Shown here: positions 11,775 through 22,070 of the stretch, in pieces
How the letters are laid out: every line of letters starts with the position of its first letter
Position numbering within the stretch: position 1 is the first letter of the stretch
Program-made: the position numbers and the translations under genes
NCBI GenBank assembly: GCA_963797555.1
Contig: CAWCPV010000004.1
Coordinates: 576,001 to 640,000, forward strand
DNA length: 64,000 nt
Source of the DNA: an uncultured Gammaproteobacteria bacterium
Lineage (GTDB): Bacteria > Pseudomonadota > Gammaproteobacteria > CAWCPV01
Direction: 5' to 3'
Notes under the pieces: model-generated
Told to the model about the DNA's origin: nothing
The model's input: the letters and a program-made list of their open reading frames with translations, nothing else
The model's database searches: none

Positions 11775-12216
11775 TTGATAGTCCAGAGGATAGCTGCGTT
11801 GGCGGCGGACGTTGATCTCCCACTGAACGTCCATTCGCGCTCGGCCGGATACCAGAGCAGCGATCTCTTTCTCCAAGGGGATGCCCGGCGCGTGCTCATG
11901 AACGCTTTCGACGGCAAGGTCGGACCCGCGATCCTAACTGCCGAGGCGGGGTACGTCTTTTCCTTCCCGCCTCGGTGGTGCGCTCTGAGCAGAAGTAGCG
12001 GCTCGTGTGCCGCCCTTGGACAGGGACTCCGGTGCTGGGCCCAGAACGCGGCGTGCGCAACGAGCCCGCCAACGTCGGACTTGTGCTTGACTTCATCGCC
12101 AAGGCTCATGACGTATCGCCGGAACGCGCAGCGCAGGTGATCCGGGACGCGGCGACGCATCTGTTCCCGATGGCGCGGACCGTGCTGCAGGGAAGGCTAA
12201 CCGGCGCTCCCGACTG
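11775..12216 (+). pseudogene. TatD-family (TATDN3-like) hydrolase C-terminal remnant
   Basis: LPLNVHSRSAG...VLMNAFDGK...GYVFSFPP, RSEQK* (in-frame stop), PVLGPERGVRNEPANV. N-terminal half absent and the ETD motif lost. Confidence 0.7.
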
Positions 12217-12643
12217 AAGCAATGGCAATTTGGCGTCCTTACAGGCCTGCAACCTCCGTCTGATTCTCCCGATGATTCCATCGGGTCGAAGTGGTTACTT
12301 AAATTAGGCCCGGGAAGATTCGTCTGAGGGGTCTGTTGGCTCCTCGACTGGACCGGACTCCCGGTCCTGTACCCCCAAAGGCCGGGCCTCCGGTATAGTG
12401 ATTCATTCGGGGATGGGCGTGAGGCTCGTGCGCAAGCTATGCAGTCGCGCTGCGCCACCCATTGAATCGCCTGGCAACGGCCGTCCGGATGATCGAGAGG
12501 GAGCGAACGACCAACCTTGTCTGAGGACGCGCGGTACTGGGCCGAGCCGCAGCAAATGAGATCCCCGCTTTGGTCTGCGGCTCCTTGGGGGATGCCCCGC
12601 CTGGGCAGCAGTGAGGTGACCGCCTCGTCACAGGGACCCAAGA

Positions 12644-13036
12644 GTGGCTGAGCTCCATCACATCGATGAGCTGCGCCGCGCCAAGACGGCGGGTGCGGTC
12701 ATGCAGGTGCTGGATGCGTGGGGCGTCCAGCCCGAGCATCAGATGTTGCTCCTGGGCTTTCCGGACGACACCAAGCTGCGCACCCTCAACCGCTTCCGCA
12801 GAGGAATGGCTCTTCCGAAACAGGGGGAGACGGCGGAGCGAGTAAGCTATCTTCTCATCATCGACAGAGCCGCTCACTCGATGTATCCGCACAGCGCCGT
12901 TGCGGCGAACTGCTGGGTTACCACCGCCAACCCCTATTTCAACGGCAGAAGTCCCCTGGAAATCATGCTCCTCTCCGGCCTAGCCGGGATGCGCTGGGTC
13001 GTCGAGCACCTGGAAGGGTCGAGCCCTTGGGGCTGA
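12644..13036 (+). CDS. Xre/MbcA/ParS-type antitoxin-domain protein (DUF2384-like)
   Basis: C-terminal WVTTANPYFNGRSPLEIMLLSGLAGMRWVVEHL and N-terminal VLDAWGV...LLG. Confidence 0.75.
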   Translation: MAELHHIDELRRAKTAGAVMQVLDAWGVQPEHQMLLLGFPDDTKLRTLNRFRRGMALPKQGETAERVSYLLIIDRAAHSMYPHSAVAANCWVTTANPYFNGRSPLEIMLLSGLAGMRWVVEHLEGSSPWG

Positions 13037-13139
13037 AGGCACGCGTGCGGGTAAGGAAGCCATACCGGGAATCGGCACGCGCGCGGCGAAGGGTCGATGT
13101 GGTCGTAGACAGCCGATGCCTACGGCGAAGAAGCGGTGA

Positions 13140-13238
13140 ATGCTGTTGAGCATATCTGCTGCGCGTCCGGATCGCCGTGTTGCGCGGTGGTCATGGCGTA
13201 CTTCCCTGTACACCACCCCTTTGGGGTCTCCCGAGGAC
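13140..13238 (+). repeat. Truncated copy of the dispersed MITE-like repeat
   Basis: ATCTGCTGCGCGTCC...CATGGCGTACTTCCCTGTACACCACCCCTTTGGGG matches 43277-43350 and the reverse complement of the 45473 and 52975 copies. Confidence 0.8.
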
Positions 13239-13267
13239 CCCGGACCGTCGCCCCCAAGGCGGGCGCT

Positions 13268-13660
13268 TCAAAACTTGGCGCTGTGCGCGGTGCGGTCGAT
13301 GGCGTCCCGGATCCGCTGCAGCAACTCGTCGGGGTCGAACGGCTTCTCCATCATGTGTAGGACCGCGTCCGACAGGGCGCGCGAGGTCGACCCAATGTCT
13401 CCGTGCCCAGTCAAGATGATGATGGGGATCCTGCGGCCCTCCCGGGCCAGATGCGCCTGCAGCTCCAACCCACTCATGCCAGGCATGCGCAGGTCGAGCA
13501 GCAGGCATCCGGGCCGATCGTTGCGATAGCTGTCCAGGAATGCCTCCGCGGAGCCGTAGGTCTCGACGCGCAGGCCCTTGGATTCGATCAGGTAGCGCAG
13601 AGAATCCCGGACCGGCTCTTCGTCGTCCACGACGAACACGGTGGGCTCAACTGCTGCCAC
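13268..13660 (-). CDS. FixJ-like response regulator, receiver domain only
   Basis: VFVVDDEEPVRDSL...CLLLDLRMPGMSGLEL...LTGHGD...EKPF. Stops before any LuxR HTH. Confidence 0.85.
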   Translation of the reverse strand: MAAVEPTVFVVDDEEPVRDSLRYLIESKGLRVETYGSAEAFLDSYRNDRPGCLLLDLRMPGMSGLELQAHLAREGRRIPIIILTGHGDIGSTSRALSDAVLHMMEKPFDPDELLQRIRDAIDRTAHSAKF

Positions 13661-15776
13661 TGTCGGTACCCTCTTTCGCGGGCAAGACGAAAGAGAATGT
13701 GGCTCCGCCGCTCGGGTTCGGCGCTGGCGAAAGCTGCCCCTCGTGGGCCTCGATGATCGAACGGCTGATGGACAGTCCCATGCCCATGCCGCTCGACTTC
13801 GTGGTAAAGAAGGGTTGAAACAGATGCTGCTGGACCTCGGGTGCCAGACCTGGACCGGTGTCGGCCACGGCCACCTCGATAAATCCGCCTTCCCCGACCG
13901 CAGTGCGCAAGGTGATCTGGCGGCGAGGACCCTGCATGGCCTCGATGGCATTGCGCACGAGGTTCACCATGACTTGCTCGATCTGAATCGCATCCGCCAT
14001 GACCGGTGGCAGTGAGCTATCCAGGACTATGTCGACGCTTACTAGATGATGCCTGGCAGGGGTTGATTGAGCTCGTGCGCGATGTCGCTGGCCATCTGTC
14101 CCATGAGGCTGAGGCGGGCGACGTGGGCTAGGGCGGCGCGGTGCTGCCTCGACACCTCTTCGGCGCGAACGCGCTGTGTCACATCGAGCGCGATTCCCAC
14201 CACACTGGCCGCCAGCTCACCGGCCTCGCCGAGCTTGACCTTAACGATATCCAGCTCGTGCATGTCGCCGTCCGCAAAGGTCAACCCCCGTCGGGCGTGA
14301 CAGGGGACGTTCTCGTGCAAACAGTCCGTGCCCGAATCTCGCCAAGAGGCGAAGCTGTTGTCGTACCGCCCAGGCTGCCCCGCAGATTCCACCAGCCAGG
14401 ACTCCGGTAGCCCCAGCCAATCACACAAGGTGGCATTGGCAAACCGGAGGTTGCCTTGCGGTCCCACCATCCAGATGCCGATAGGAGCGTTGTCCAAGAC
14501 CGCGCGCAGTGTGGTTCGTTCGCGCAACAGCTCCCTCTCGATGTGCTCGCGTCGGGACACCTCTTCCTCGAGGCGCGCCTTGGCCGCAGTCAACCCCGCC
14601 GTCCGCTCCTTCACGCGCAGCTCCAGCTCGTCGCGCGCCTTGCGCAGGGTGTCCTCCGCGCGCTTACGCTCGACCGCGGCCCCCAGCACGTGGGCGACGG
14701 ACTGCATGAAGTTCACGTCGTCCGTGCTGAACGATCGCCGTTCTGCGCTATGAGCACCGAGCACCCCAAAAGGCCGGTCGGGGCCGCGGATGGCGACGCT
14801 GACTCCGCTCACGATCCCGTGGTCATGGAGCAGGGCTGGACCGTGGAAACGCGTCTCTGCGCTCAGATCCTCCACAACGACGGCATCGTCCGACATGAGT
14901 GTGAAGCCTGCCTGAGACTCCCGGCCGGCAATGACCGTCGCCTGCTCGACATATCCCTCCTTCCAGCCCGTTCCGGCGCGCAGCAGCAGGTTCTCGCCGT
15001 CCGGCAGGAGCTCCAGCACCTTGGCGTAGGGTGTTTGAAGCCCTTCGGCCACCGCCTCCACGGCGGCCGAAAACAGCGTGTCCAGCCTCATTCCAGTGAG
15101 TGCGATCTGCCCGAGGCGGGCCACGGCCGCTTGCTGCCGGGCGCGGGCCGCCAAGGTCTCTGCTGCCCTCTTGCTCTCCGTCATGTCCGCCACGATGGCG
15201 AAGACGCCCTGGACCATGTCGCCTTTGGTGCGGTGCGGCACGCAGTTGGCGTGTATATAGCGTCTGACGCCGTCGGGGTAAGGCGCCCAGCACTCGAAGG
15301 TTACCTCCTCTCCGGCCAGGGCCGCTTGCAGGTGACCGCCGACGGCTGCGTAGCCTTCCTCGCCCAAGGTTTCCCTCACCCGCCTCCCGTAGAGGTCATC
15401 GAGTGGACGCTGAAACCGAGATCTCGTACTGCCGGTTGTTGAAACGGTAGCGCTCTTGGGCGTCGATGTAGCTGATGAGGACAGGCAGGGAGTCCGTCGC
15501 CAGGCGCAGCATCTCCTCCGCCTCTCGCCGCTCCGTCACGTCCATGAGAGCGCTGTGGACCACCGCGGCGTTGCGCCGACGGTCCCATGCGGAAAGGCTT
15601 TCCACCCGCACCCTGAGCGGCTTGGCTGGCAGCCCTCCGATGTTGACCTCCACGACGTGTTGACCGCCCGTGCCGCAGGTCTCCTTCAGGTGTCTGGCAA
15701 AATCAGGTTGGTCCTCTTTGGCGAGAAACCGGGAGAACGTGCCCCCTCGCAGCAGGGAGGGGTCGGTTCCGAGCAT
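13647..15776 (-). pseudogene. PAS/GAF sensor histidine kinase (FixL-like), 5'-truncated, frameshifted, with an internal deletion after the H-box
   Basis: PAS segments, GAF, then H-box AHELNQPL followed by TAG at 14042. Resumes in another frame at VDIVLDSSLPPVMADAIQIEQVMVNLVRNA...DTGPG...FFTTKSSGMGMGL. Extra frameshift near 15400. Confidence 0.8.
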
Positions 15777-15809
15777 GCTGTGCGTTCTCTGCTCAACGTG
15801 ATGGAGGGG

Positions 15810-15936
15810 GCGTTACGGTGCGGCCGAGAGCAAGCCGCACGGAGCGCAGCGACGAGAGATATCCCAGTGGACTGGCGAGGAGCGAGCCGCGCTCGACGCC
15901 GCTATCAGGACGCGCAGCAGATTTGTTCACAAGCTG
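15810..15936 (-). repeat. Internally shortened copy of the MITE-like repeat directly after the SCO stop codon
   Basis: Reverse complement TAA-CAGCTTGTGAACAAATCTGCTGCGCGTCCTGATAGCGGCGTCG matches the 43263 end. GGAGCGCAGCGACGAGA is shared with the 45473 copy. Confidence 0.75.
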
Positions 15937-16551
15937 TTACTGCTCACCGGCGAGCCGCCGAAGGTCGCCGGAGATCGTGTCGACGGAGTCGGTGGGCTGG
16001 GCAAGGAGGCGGACGTTCCCTTTGCGGTCGAAGATGAACACCGCGCTGCTATGAGATACGGCGTAGTCGCCGTGGGTATCCGGCTTGTCGAGGCTATAGG
16101 CCACCCGATAGCGCTTGGTGAGCGTCCGCAGCGCGCCCTCGCTGCCCTTCAATCCCACGAACTGGGGTCCGAACGCCTTGACATACTTCCTAAGTAGCTC
16201 CGGGGTGTCGCGGTCCGGGTCCACCGTCACGAACAGGACCCGTACCGCGTCGGCGGTCGGCCCGAGTTGCTTGAGTACCATGGACAACTTGGCGAGGGTC
16301 GTGGGGCAAACGTCAGGGCAATGCGTGTAGCCGAAGTACAGCAGCACGACCCGGCCGCGGAAGTCGGCGGCCTTTACCGTCTGGTCGTGCTCGGTGGTCA
16401 GGTCGAACTGCAAAGGTGGCATCAATCCGGAGATATTCGTCAGGCCCCAGGGTTCTTCGTGGGTGCAGCCCGCGGCCGCGGCGAGCAGCGCCAAGACTGC
16501 TGCCCGCCAAGCCGGGCGCAGATCAGGACTGTTCATGGACTGCTCTCTCAC
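15937..16551 (-). CDS. SCO1/SenC family copper chaperone lipoprotein
   Basis: LLYFGYTHCPDVCPTTL (CxxxC), FVTVDPDRDTPE, YAVSHSSAVFIFD, lipobox AAGC. Confidence 0.95.
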   Translation of the reverse strand: MREQSMNSPDLRPAWRAAVLALLAAAAGCTHEEPWGLTNISGLMPPLQFDLTTEHDQTVKAADFRGRVVLLYFGYTHCPDVCPTTLAKLSMVLKQLGPTADAVRVLFVTVDPDRDTPELLRKYVKAFGPQFVGLKGSEGALRTLTKRYRVAYSLDKPDTHGDYAVSHSSAVFIFDRKGNVRLLAQPTDSVDTISGDLRRLAGEQ

Positions 16552-16991
16552 TGCGCCCCCGGGCGCTCGACTGTGAACTCGATCACCACCGACTGGCCGG
16601 CGTCAAAACGGAGCCTGATCGGCACGTGTTCGCCGACTTCAAGCTCCTTCCGGCGCCCAACGAGCATCAGATGATAGCCGCCAGGGCGAAACTGGACGGT
16701 GGTCCCCGGCTCGACCTCGACCTCCCCGACCGGCAGCATCCGCGCCATGTGGTGGTCCTCTACGCTGCGGTGCATGTGAATGCGCGCGAAGGCTGGACTG
16801 TCCGCACCGAGCAGGCGCAGGGGCTGTGCGCCCGCGTCGGTCAGATCAAAATAGCCCGCCAGCGGCAGGTCTCCCGGCAGCAGGGAGATCCGAGGGTGCG
16901 CGACTGTCACTTCTAGTCCGGCCGCGTGGGCAGCAGCTATCGCCACCGCGAGCAGCGTGACTAGCGCGTAGCGCAGCGGAGGCTGCTTCAC
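16548..16991 (-). CDS. Copper chaperone PCu(A)C
   Basis: Signal peptide; MHRSVEDHHMARM...FRPGGYHLMLVG (H-x-M...H-x-M motif). Confidence 0.92.
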   Translation of the reverse strand: MKQPPLRYALVTLLAVAIAAAHAAGLEVTVAHPRISLLPGDLPLAGYFDLTDAGAQPLRLLGADSPAFARIHMHRSVEDHHMARMLPVGEVEVEPGTTVQFRPGGYHLMLVGRRKELEVGEHVPIRLRFDAGQSVVIEFTVERPGAQ

Positions 16992-17057
16992 GGCTGGTTC
17001 GAGACCAGAGGGCGACCAGAGCGATGCGGCTCCTCCGCGGCTGCTCCGACGACCGCT

Positions 17058-17937
17058 TTACGGGGCACTTTGCTGTGCGGCGCACGCGGGCATGCGCATC
17101 GCGTCTGCGCTGTCCCTGCTTCGTGTCTCGTGAATCCACAGCCGAAGCACCACCAACCCGGCTATGACGCTCATCATGCTGGAGGGGATCCAGGTAATGA
17201 GGCCGCCGATCTCCTGGTCGACCAGAGGGCTGATTGGCCACGCTCGGCCGCACACGTTATAGACATCGTACAGTGGAGCGTTGCGGAACGTGATGTACGC
17301 CCCGAGCGCGATCTGAGAGAGCATCGCTGCCCACAGGATGAGGATCCGCGTACCGTATCCCATGACCCCCGGAGTGTCGGGCGAGCGGCGATCGAGCATC
17401 ACCCACCAGAACAGCAACCCGTCGATGACCATGCTCCAGTTCATGGCCTGATAGCGGTCCAGGCTCAGCATTGCCGCGAAGTGGATCGAGGGAGACAGCC
17501 AAAAGTAGATCAGGCCCACGAACAGCAAGGGGGCGACCACCGGCCCCTGCACAAAACGGTAGAGGTGCTGCGTCAAGGAGTTGCGCCACAGCGGGACGAA
17601 TACGCGGTCCTTCACGGGCAGCGGTACCCCGCGTGACATCACCGCCTGGGGCTGGGAGACCGCCACCAGGAAAGGACCCATGTGGTGAAGCACCAGGTGC
17701 TGGGCCCGATGGACCCAGAACATGTGCTGGGACACATAGTCGAGGTAAGACTGGAGCGCCAGGTAGACTAGCGCCAAACCCAGCGTGAATGCCGCCGCCG
17801 GCCACGTTCCGACCGCCTGACCCTCGCTCCGCAAGCGTGCCGCCCCGCGCATGTATACTGCGCCTGCTAGCAGGCAGGAACGTCAGCACGATGGGGGAGA
17901 ACTCCCACGGCGTGAGAACGTCAGCGACAGATGGCAT
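17058..17937 (-). CDS. ctaG: Cytochrome c oxidase assembly factor (Caa3_CtaG family), frameshift near 17870
   Basis: N-terminus LTPWEFSP, YVSQHMFWVHRAQHLVLHHMGPFL and DQEIGGLITWIP. Clustered with SCO and PCuAC. Confidence 0.85.
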
Positions 17938-18884
17938 AAGCCGTGACTCCGTCGCGGCGAGCGCGACCGCCGTCGTTAGCAGTATAGACGTCCCTGCCGG
18001 GCCGTCGATCTCTTCGATCTCTCCACTGGCCGAGGGCGCCGATTAACCGGGGCGCCGCGCAATACGGCGAAGGGAGCGCTGGCCCGCGAGCAGCCCACGG
18101 ACTGGCTTGTGCTCCCGTTTCGGCCGAGACTGGGCGCCACGGCGGCATAGCCGCAGGCCAGCGTTGCATCAAGAGCAGGTCGAAAAACCCGCTCTTCCTC
18201 ACGGAGAGGGCAGGAGAGAGGGAAATCGCAAACATCTAGCCTGTCGATATGTTCGGCTGCGCGTCTGGCTGTCTGCCTTAACGGAGAGGCGACGTCTCGG
18301 ATTCTCGAAATGTCCTCAAGACATCTGGCGCAGGCTCAGGCAGGACGGGCCGCGACATTGCAACAATTGTAACATCGGCAGCATGAAGTCAACGTCAAGG
18401 GCGCCCCCTGCGGGGAGGACATTCCCCAGGGTTCCCTAAGAGGGGCCAAAGACGGCGCGCCGGTTGCGGGAGCGCTTCGACTCCGTGGAGGAGATGTACG
18501 CGCGACCGCACCAGGCATCCGCCGGAGCCGTACACGTGGCCGTGTTGCCAGAGACGACCGGGCTGCTCGATCCCGAGCGGTGGTCGTCTACTTGCGGCGC
18601 CTCGGCTTGCTCCATGATGGAAGAGGGAGTTGGGGGGCTGCCCGACGTTTTTCTTTCGGATGATGAAGCTCGCCTCGACGCGAAGCCGTTCCCTGGGAAC
18701 GCCGACCTTCAGCCACTCTAGTTGGCGGGCGAATACCGCGAGACCGGGTGCCTCGGCTTGGTGGGCCCCTGGCCTACCGAGAGCGAGCACACACGAAAAG
18801 GCCCCTGATCCAGGCCAGGACCAGGGGCGCTGGCTGCAGGCGCTAAGCGAACCTCAGCACCGCACAGTGGCGACGGGTGTTACC

Positions 18885-19416
18885 TCAGCCCTCCTCGATT
18901 GCGATACGGCGGGGCTTGGCGCCCTCGACCTTCGGCAGCCGGATCTCGAGGATGCCGTCCTTGTAAAGGACCTTGCACTTCTCCACGTCGACTGCCACCG
19001 GCAGCGGGATAGTGCGCGAGAACCCGCCGTAAGTCATCTCACGGTGCACGTACTCGCCCTTTTCCTGTTCGGTTGCCTCGTGGTGCAGTGCACCGCGGAT
19101 GGTTACCGTATCCTCGGTCACAGGAGACGTTGAGATCGTCCTTCTTCACGCCCGGCACCTCGGCCCGGAGATATATCTCGTCCTCGCGGTCGACCATATC
19201 GACACGAGGCATTCGGATTTCGAATGGCGTCAGCGCCAAGTCGCCGAGGGACGGCAACTCGAAGCGCCACGGACGCAGCCAACTGCGTGGCAACAACCGT
19301 TCGAACGTCCGCTCCATTTCCTCGAAGGGACTCAGCATCTGGCCCCAGTGCCTCTGTAGGCCGCGACCCTTTTCTTCCTTCGTTTCCGGAGTGTGAAGCT
19401 TCTCTTGCGTAGCCAT
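18885..19416 (-). CDS. Hsp20/alpha-crystallin small heat shock protein, frameshift near 19120
   Basis: PRVDMVDREDEIYLRAEVPGVKKDDLNVS / EDTVTIRG...YGGFSRTIPLP...YKDGILEIRLPK. Confidence 0.93.
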
Positions 19417-19767
19417 ATGCCCGCTCCTCTCGTTTCCGCAACGAGTCCTTGCTTAACTCCTCTCTCTATAATGTTAGACCACGCAGAGGCCCAAGATTCC
19501 CTCCCCACCACCGGCCGCTGTGCGACCATTTTCGCCTTAAACCAAAGGCTTGTCTTCCGGAGCTCCAGCTGACTCTCCGCTCAGGCGGCGAACGCTAAAC
19601 GGAAGCCGCACCGGTCGCGAGGGTTCCGAACGGCGCCCCGGTGAAGGGGTTCTCAAACTACTCATGGGCTAGCGGGAACCTGTCTGCAGAGGATGTCGGC
19701 GACGCATGGCCCGCCCTGTCGCGCGGTGTGTGCCTGGCACGGCTGGGGCGTAACGCCGGGACGAACG

Positions 19768-19982
19768 TCATGTCTGCTCTAGCCACTCCACCAAATAGTA
19801 CAGGTACTGGCCTTCTGAGGACTTGGAGGGCCCGATAACGCGCGCCGCATAGAAATGGCTCGCCGGATCGGCCCCAGCGAGGGCGGCCTCCGCGGAGTCC
19901 ACCACCCGCACACACCCCGCCGGAAAGCGATGACGGACGCGCCGCGGCGCGTAGATCACGGCACAACGTTCATCCGAGACAT
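19768..19982 (-). CDS. Small hypothetical protein (about 70 aa), apparent frameshift just after the ATG
   Basis: GGAG-n4-ATG at 19982, then in the shifted frame SDERCAVIYAPRRVRHRFPAGCV...VIGPSKSSEGQYLYYLVEWLEQT*, with coding-like composition. Confidence 0.6.
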
Positions 19983-20420
19983 TGGTCTCCGGGTCCGGGG
20001 GGACTAACCCGCGCATAGGTGCGCGCCCGCTCGCGTCAGACTGTATGGCCGCCCGGCAACCGGTCGCAGAGGTCGACAGGCTGACGGAAGAGCACGAAGC
20101 GCCCGTGCTCCAGGTCGACCCTTCGGAGTGGCGCCGTGACGGAGACCATCGTCGACGTGGCCCGGCACTGCGCTCTCTTGGTAGCACTCGCTCTTGTTCG
20201 CGTGGGTGACACAGCAGACGTCTCTGGGCGGTCGGTCGCGGGCAAACCGCCCCTTCCGGCACCTCCCGCCGGGACCGGGGGCCTGACTTCGTGTAGCAGG
20301 TATCGCTGGACATGGGGACACGGCGTCGGCTTGGCTTTCCCATTGTAGCCGAGACGGTGCGGCGCACCCACCCCGTGAGCCGGGCCCCGATGGTCTTAGG
20401 CTCTCCGAACTTGGCGGTCG

Positions 20421-21371
20421 CTACCTCAGGCCGTGGACCTCCCGCAGCCAACTGTAGACGAGGTCGGAAGTGCTGCGGATCGCATTCCCGCGGGAACTCA
20501 TCCACGTCCCATAGTCGCTCGCGCTCCCGTCTTTCTGGACGATGCCGATGAAGGTGTACGGATAGTTCCGACCGTCTCGTCCCTGAGGCACGAGGATACC
20601 CATGTTACCGCACAGCCGGGCGGTGGTCCCGGTCTTGTCGTAAACCAGGGTGCCTCGGGGAAGCTTTCGCGTACCGGTGTAAATGCGGTCGCGGTTCGGC
20701 AGGTGCATGAGGCGCTTGATCTCCGCGCAGTGAGGCAGCGCGTCGGTCCAAAGGGCGTAAAGGAAGCGGCTGTAGTCGTGGGCGGAGGCGAGGTTGCGGT
20801 ACGACCGTCCGTCAGGCGGAATGCGCTCCACAATGCGCGTTTGCCGAAAGATGCCCGGCGCGTGCCGCTTGAGGATGCGCTCCACCCGCGCCGGTCCGCC
20901 CAAGAGATGGATGATGCGATCGGTCGCCGCGTTGTCGCTGTCGCGGATCATCGCCTCCATGCGCCGCCGAATCTGTCGCGTGTAGCGCACGCGTGTGCTC
21001 TTTGAGTGCACCTGGTAGAAGAAAGCCAGGACCACGAAGGGCTTGATCATGCTGGCCGCCTGCAGCGGGTCGTCTTCGTTGATCGAGACGAGCTTGTGGC
21101 GGGTCGTGAAGTCGTAGACCGACCAGGCCGTAGCCTCGTCCGGCTCGATCACCCCTTGTCTGCGAAACGTCTGGATATGGGCGGCTACGCGCTCCGCCAG
21201 ACCCGGCGAGCGGCGCGGGGATGACTTCTTGGCGGGGGCTGGGGCGCCAGGCAGCCCGAGCACCGCAGTGCCGCCCGCAAGCGCGAACGTGGCCAGGAAG
21301 CGGCGCCGCGAAGGGTCTGGCAAGACCGACACCGGTGTCGATTCGCAAGGCGTATGGCTGGGGCGTCGCAC
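20421..21371 (-). CDS. Class A beta-lactamase-related serine hydrolase (PBP-A-like) with Tat signal
   Basis: SRRRFL twin-arginine motif; SxxK (AASMIK), SDN and KTG motifs. Confidence 0.88.
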   Translation of the reverse strand: MRRPSHTPCESTPVSVLPDPSRRRFLATFALAGGTAVLGLPGAPAPAKKSSPRRSPGLAERVAAHIQTFRRQGVIEPDEATAWSVYDFTTRHKLVSINEDDPLQAASMIKPFVVLAFFYQVHSKSTRVRYTRQIRRRMEAMIRDSDNAATDRIIHLLGGPARVERILKRHAPGIFRQTRIVERIPPDGRSYRNLASAHDYSRFLYALWTDALPHCAEIKRLMHLPNRDRIYTGTRKLPRGTLVYDKTGTTARLCGNMGILVPQGRDGRNYPYTFIGIVQKDGSASDYGTWMSSRGNAIRSTSDLVYSWLREVHGLR

Positions 21372-21989
21372 GTCGTCGGTTCTGGTGGCGGATGGCGGTG
21401 GCGTTCGTGGTTAAGCGTGCGCACGGATACCCTAACGGCCTGCTGCCGCCGGGTCAACCGCGGCGGGCTTGGAGTGCCGCCCCCCGCTATGATCCGCGAG
21501 ACGCCGTCTCCTGGGCGTCTCTCGTGCTGTGACGGATGGCCGGTGCCAGAAGTCCCGTACTCGCAGTCGATCCTCCATCACAAGCTAGAGACCGCGGAGG
21601 CTCAGGCTCGCTTCTGGTTTTGGATTTCGGGGGCACCATGAAGCGATCCCGCGCTCGGCTGCAAAGGTAGGACCTCTTGGTCCACCGTGGGGAAGCCCGG
21701 CTTTGCCGGAGGGATTCAATGAGGTTCGACCTCGGCCGCAGTCAATAGCTCGCTGGGGGCAGCCCGGCGGCTGGATGCTCTGTTGTGTGGCGAGGGCGAG
21801 GAGAACGTAATCCAACAGAAGGGCGCCCTGTGCGCTACCCTGTGGGTGTCCTCGGCTGCCGGCCGCGTGGGGCGGCTGAGGCTGTGGGAGCCGCTTTTAC
21901 GGGCTCGCCCAACAAGCCCGCCGTAGGCGGGATCCAGCTAGTTGAAGGCTTCAGAGTTGGTGAATTTTCGGTGTGGCGATGTCAGGCGA

Positions 21990-22049
21990 GTGTATAGTAG
22001 CAGTATAATCAACGGCTTGTAGGAGCGAAGCGTAGTTTCTTACAGGCTC
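21990..22049 (-). mobile_element. Solitary IS-like end related to the MITE termini
   Basis: Reverse complement TGA-GAGCCTGTAAGAAAC...AAGCCGTTGATTATA, against the MITE end GAGCCTGTGAAGAAG. No transposase seen. Confidence 0.45.
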
Positions 22050-22070
22050 TCAGACTGACGTCGGCCCGAG

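Noticed and set aside
18395-18790. ORFs between ctaG and hsp20
   Set aside because: No motif, RBS or consistent codon bias; possibly debris but unsupported.
19465-19496. Sigma-32 promoter for hsp20
   Set aside because: CTTGGG...CTAACAT is too degenerate relative to CTTGAA...CCCCAT to call.
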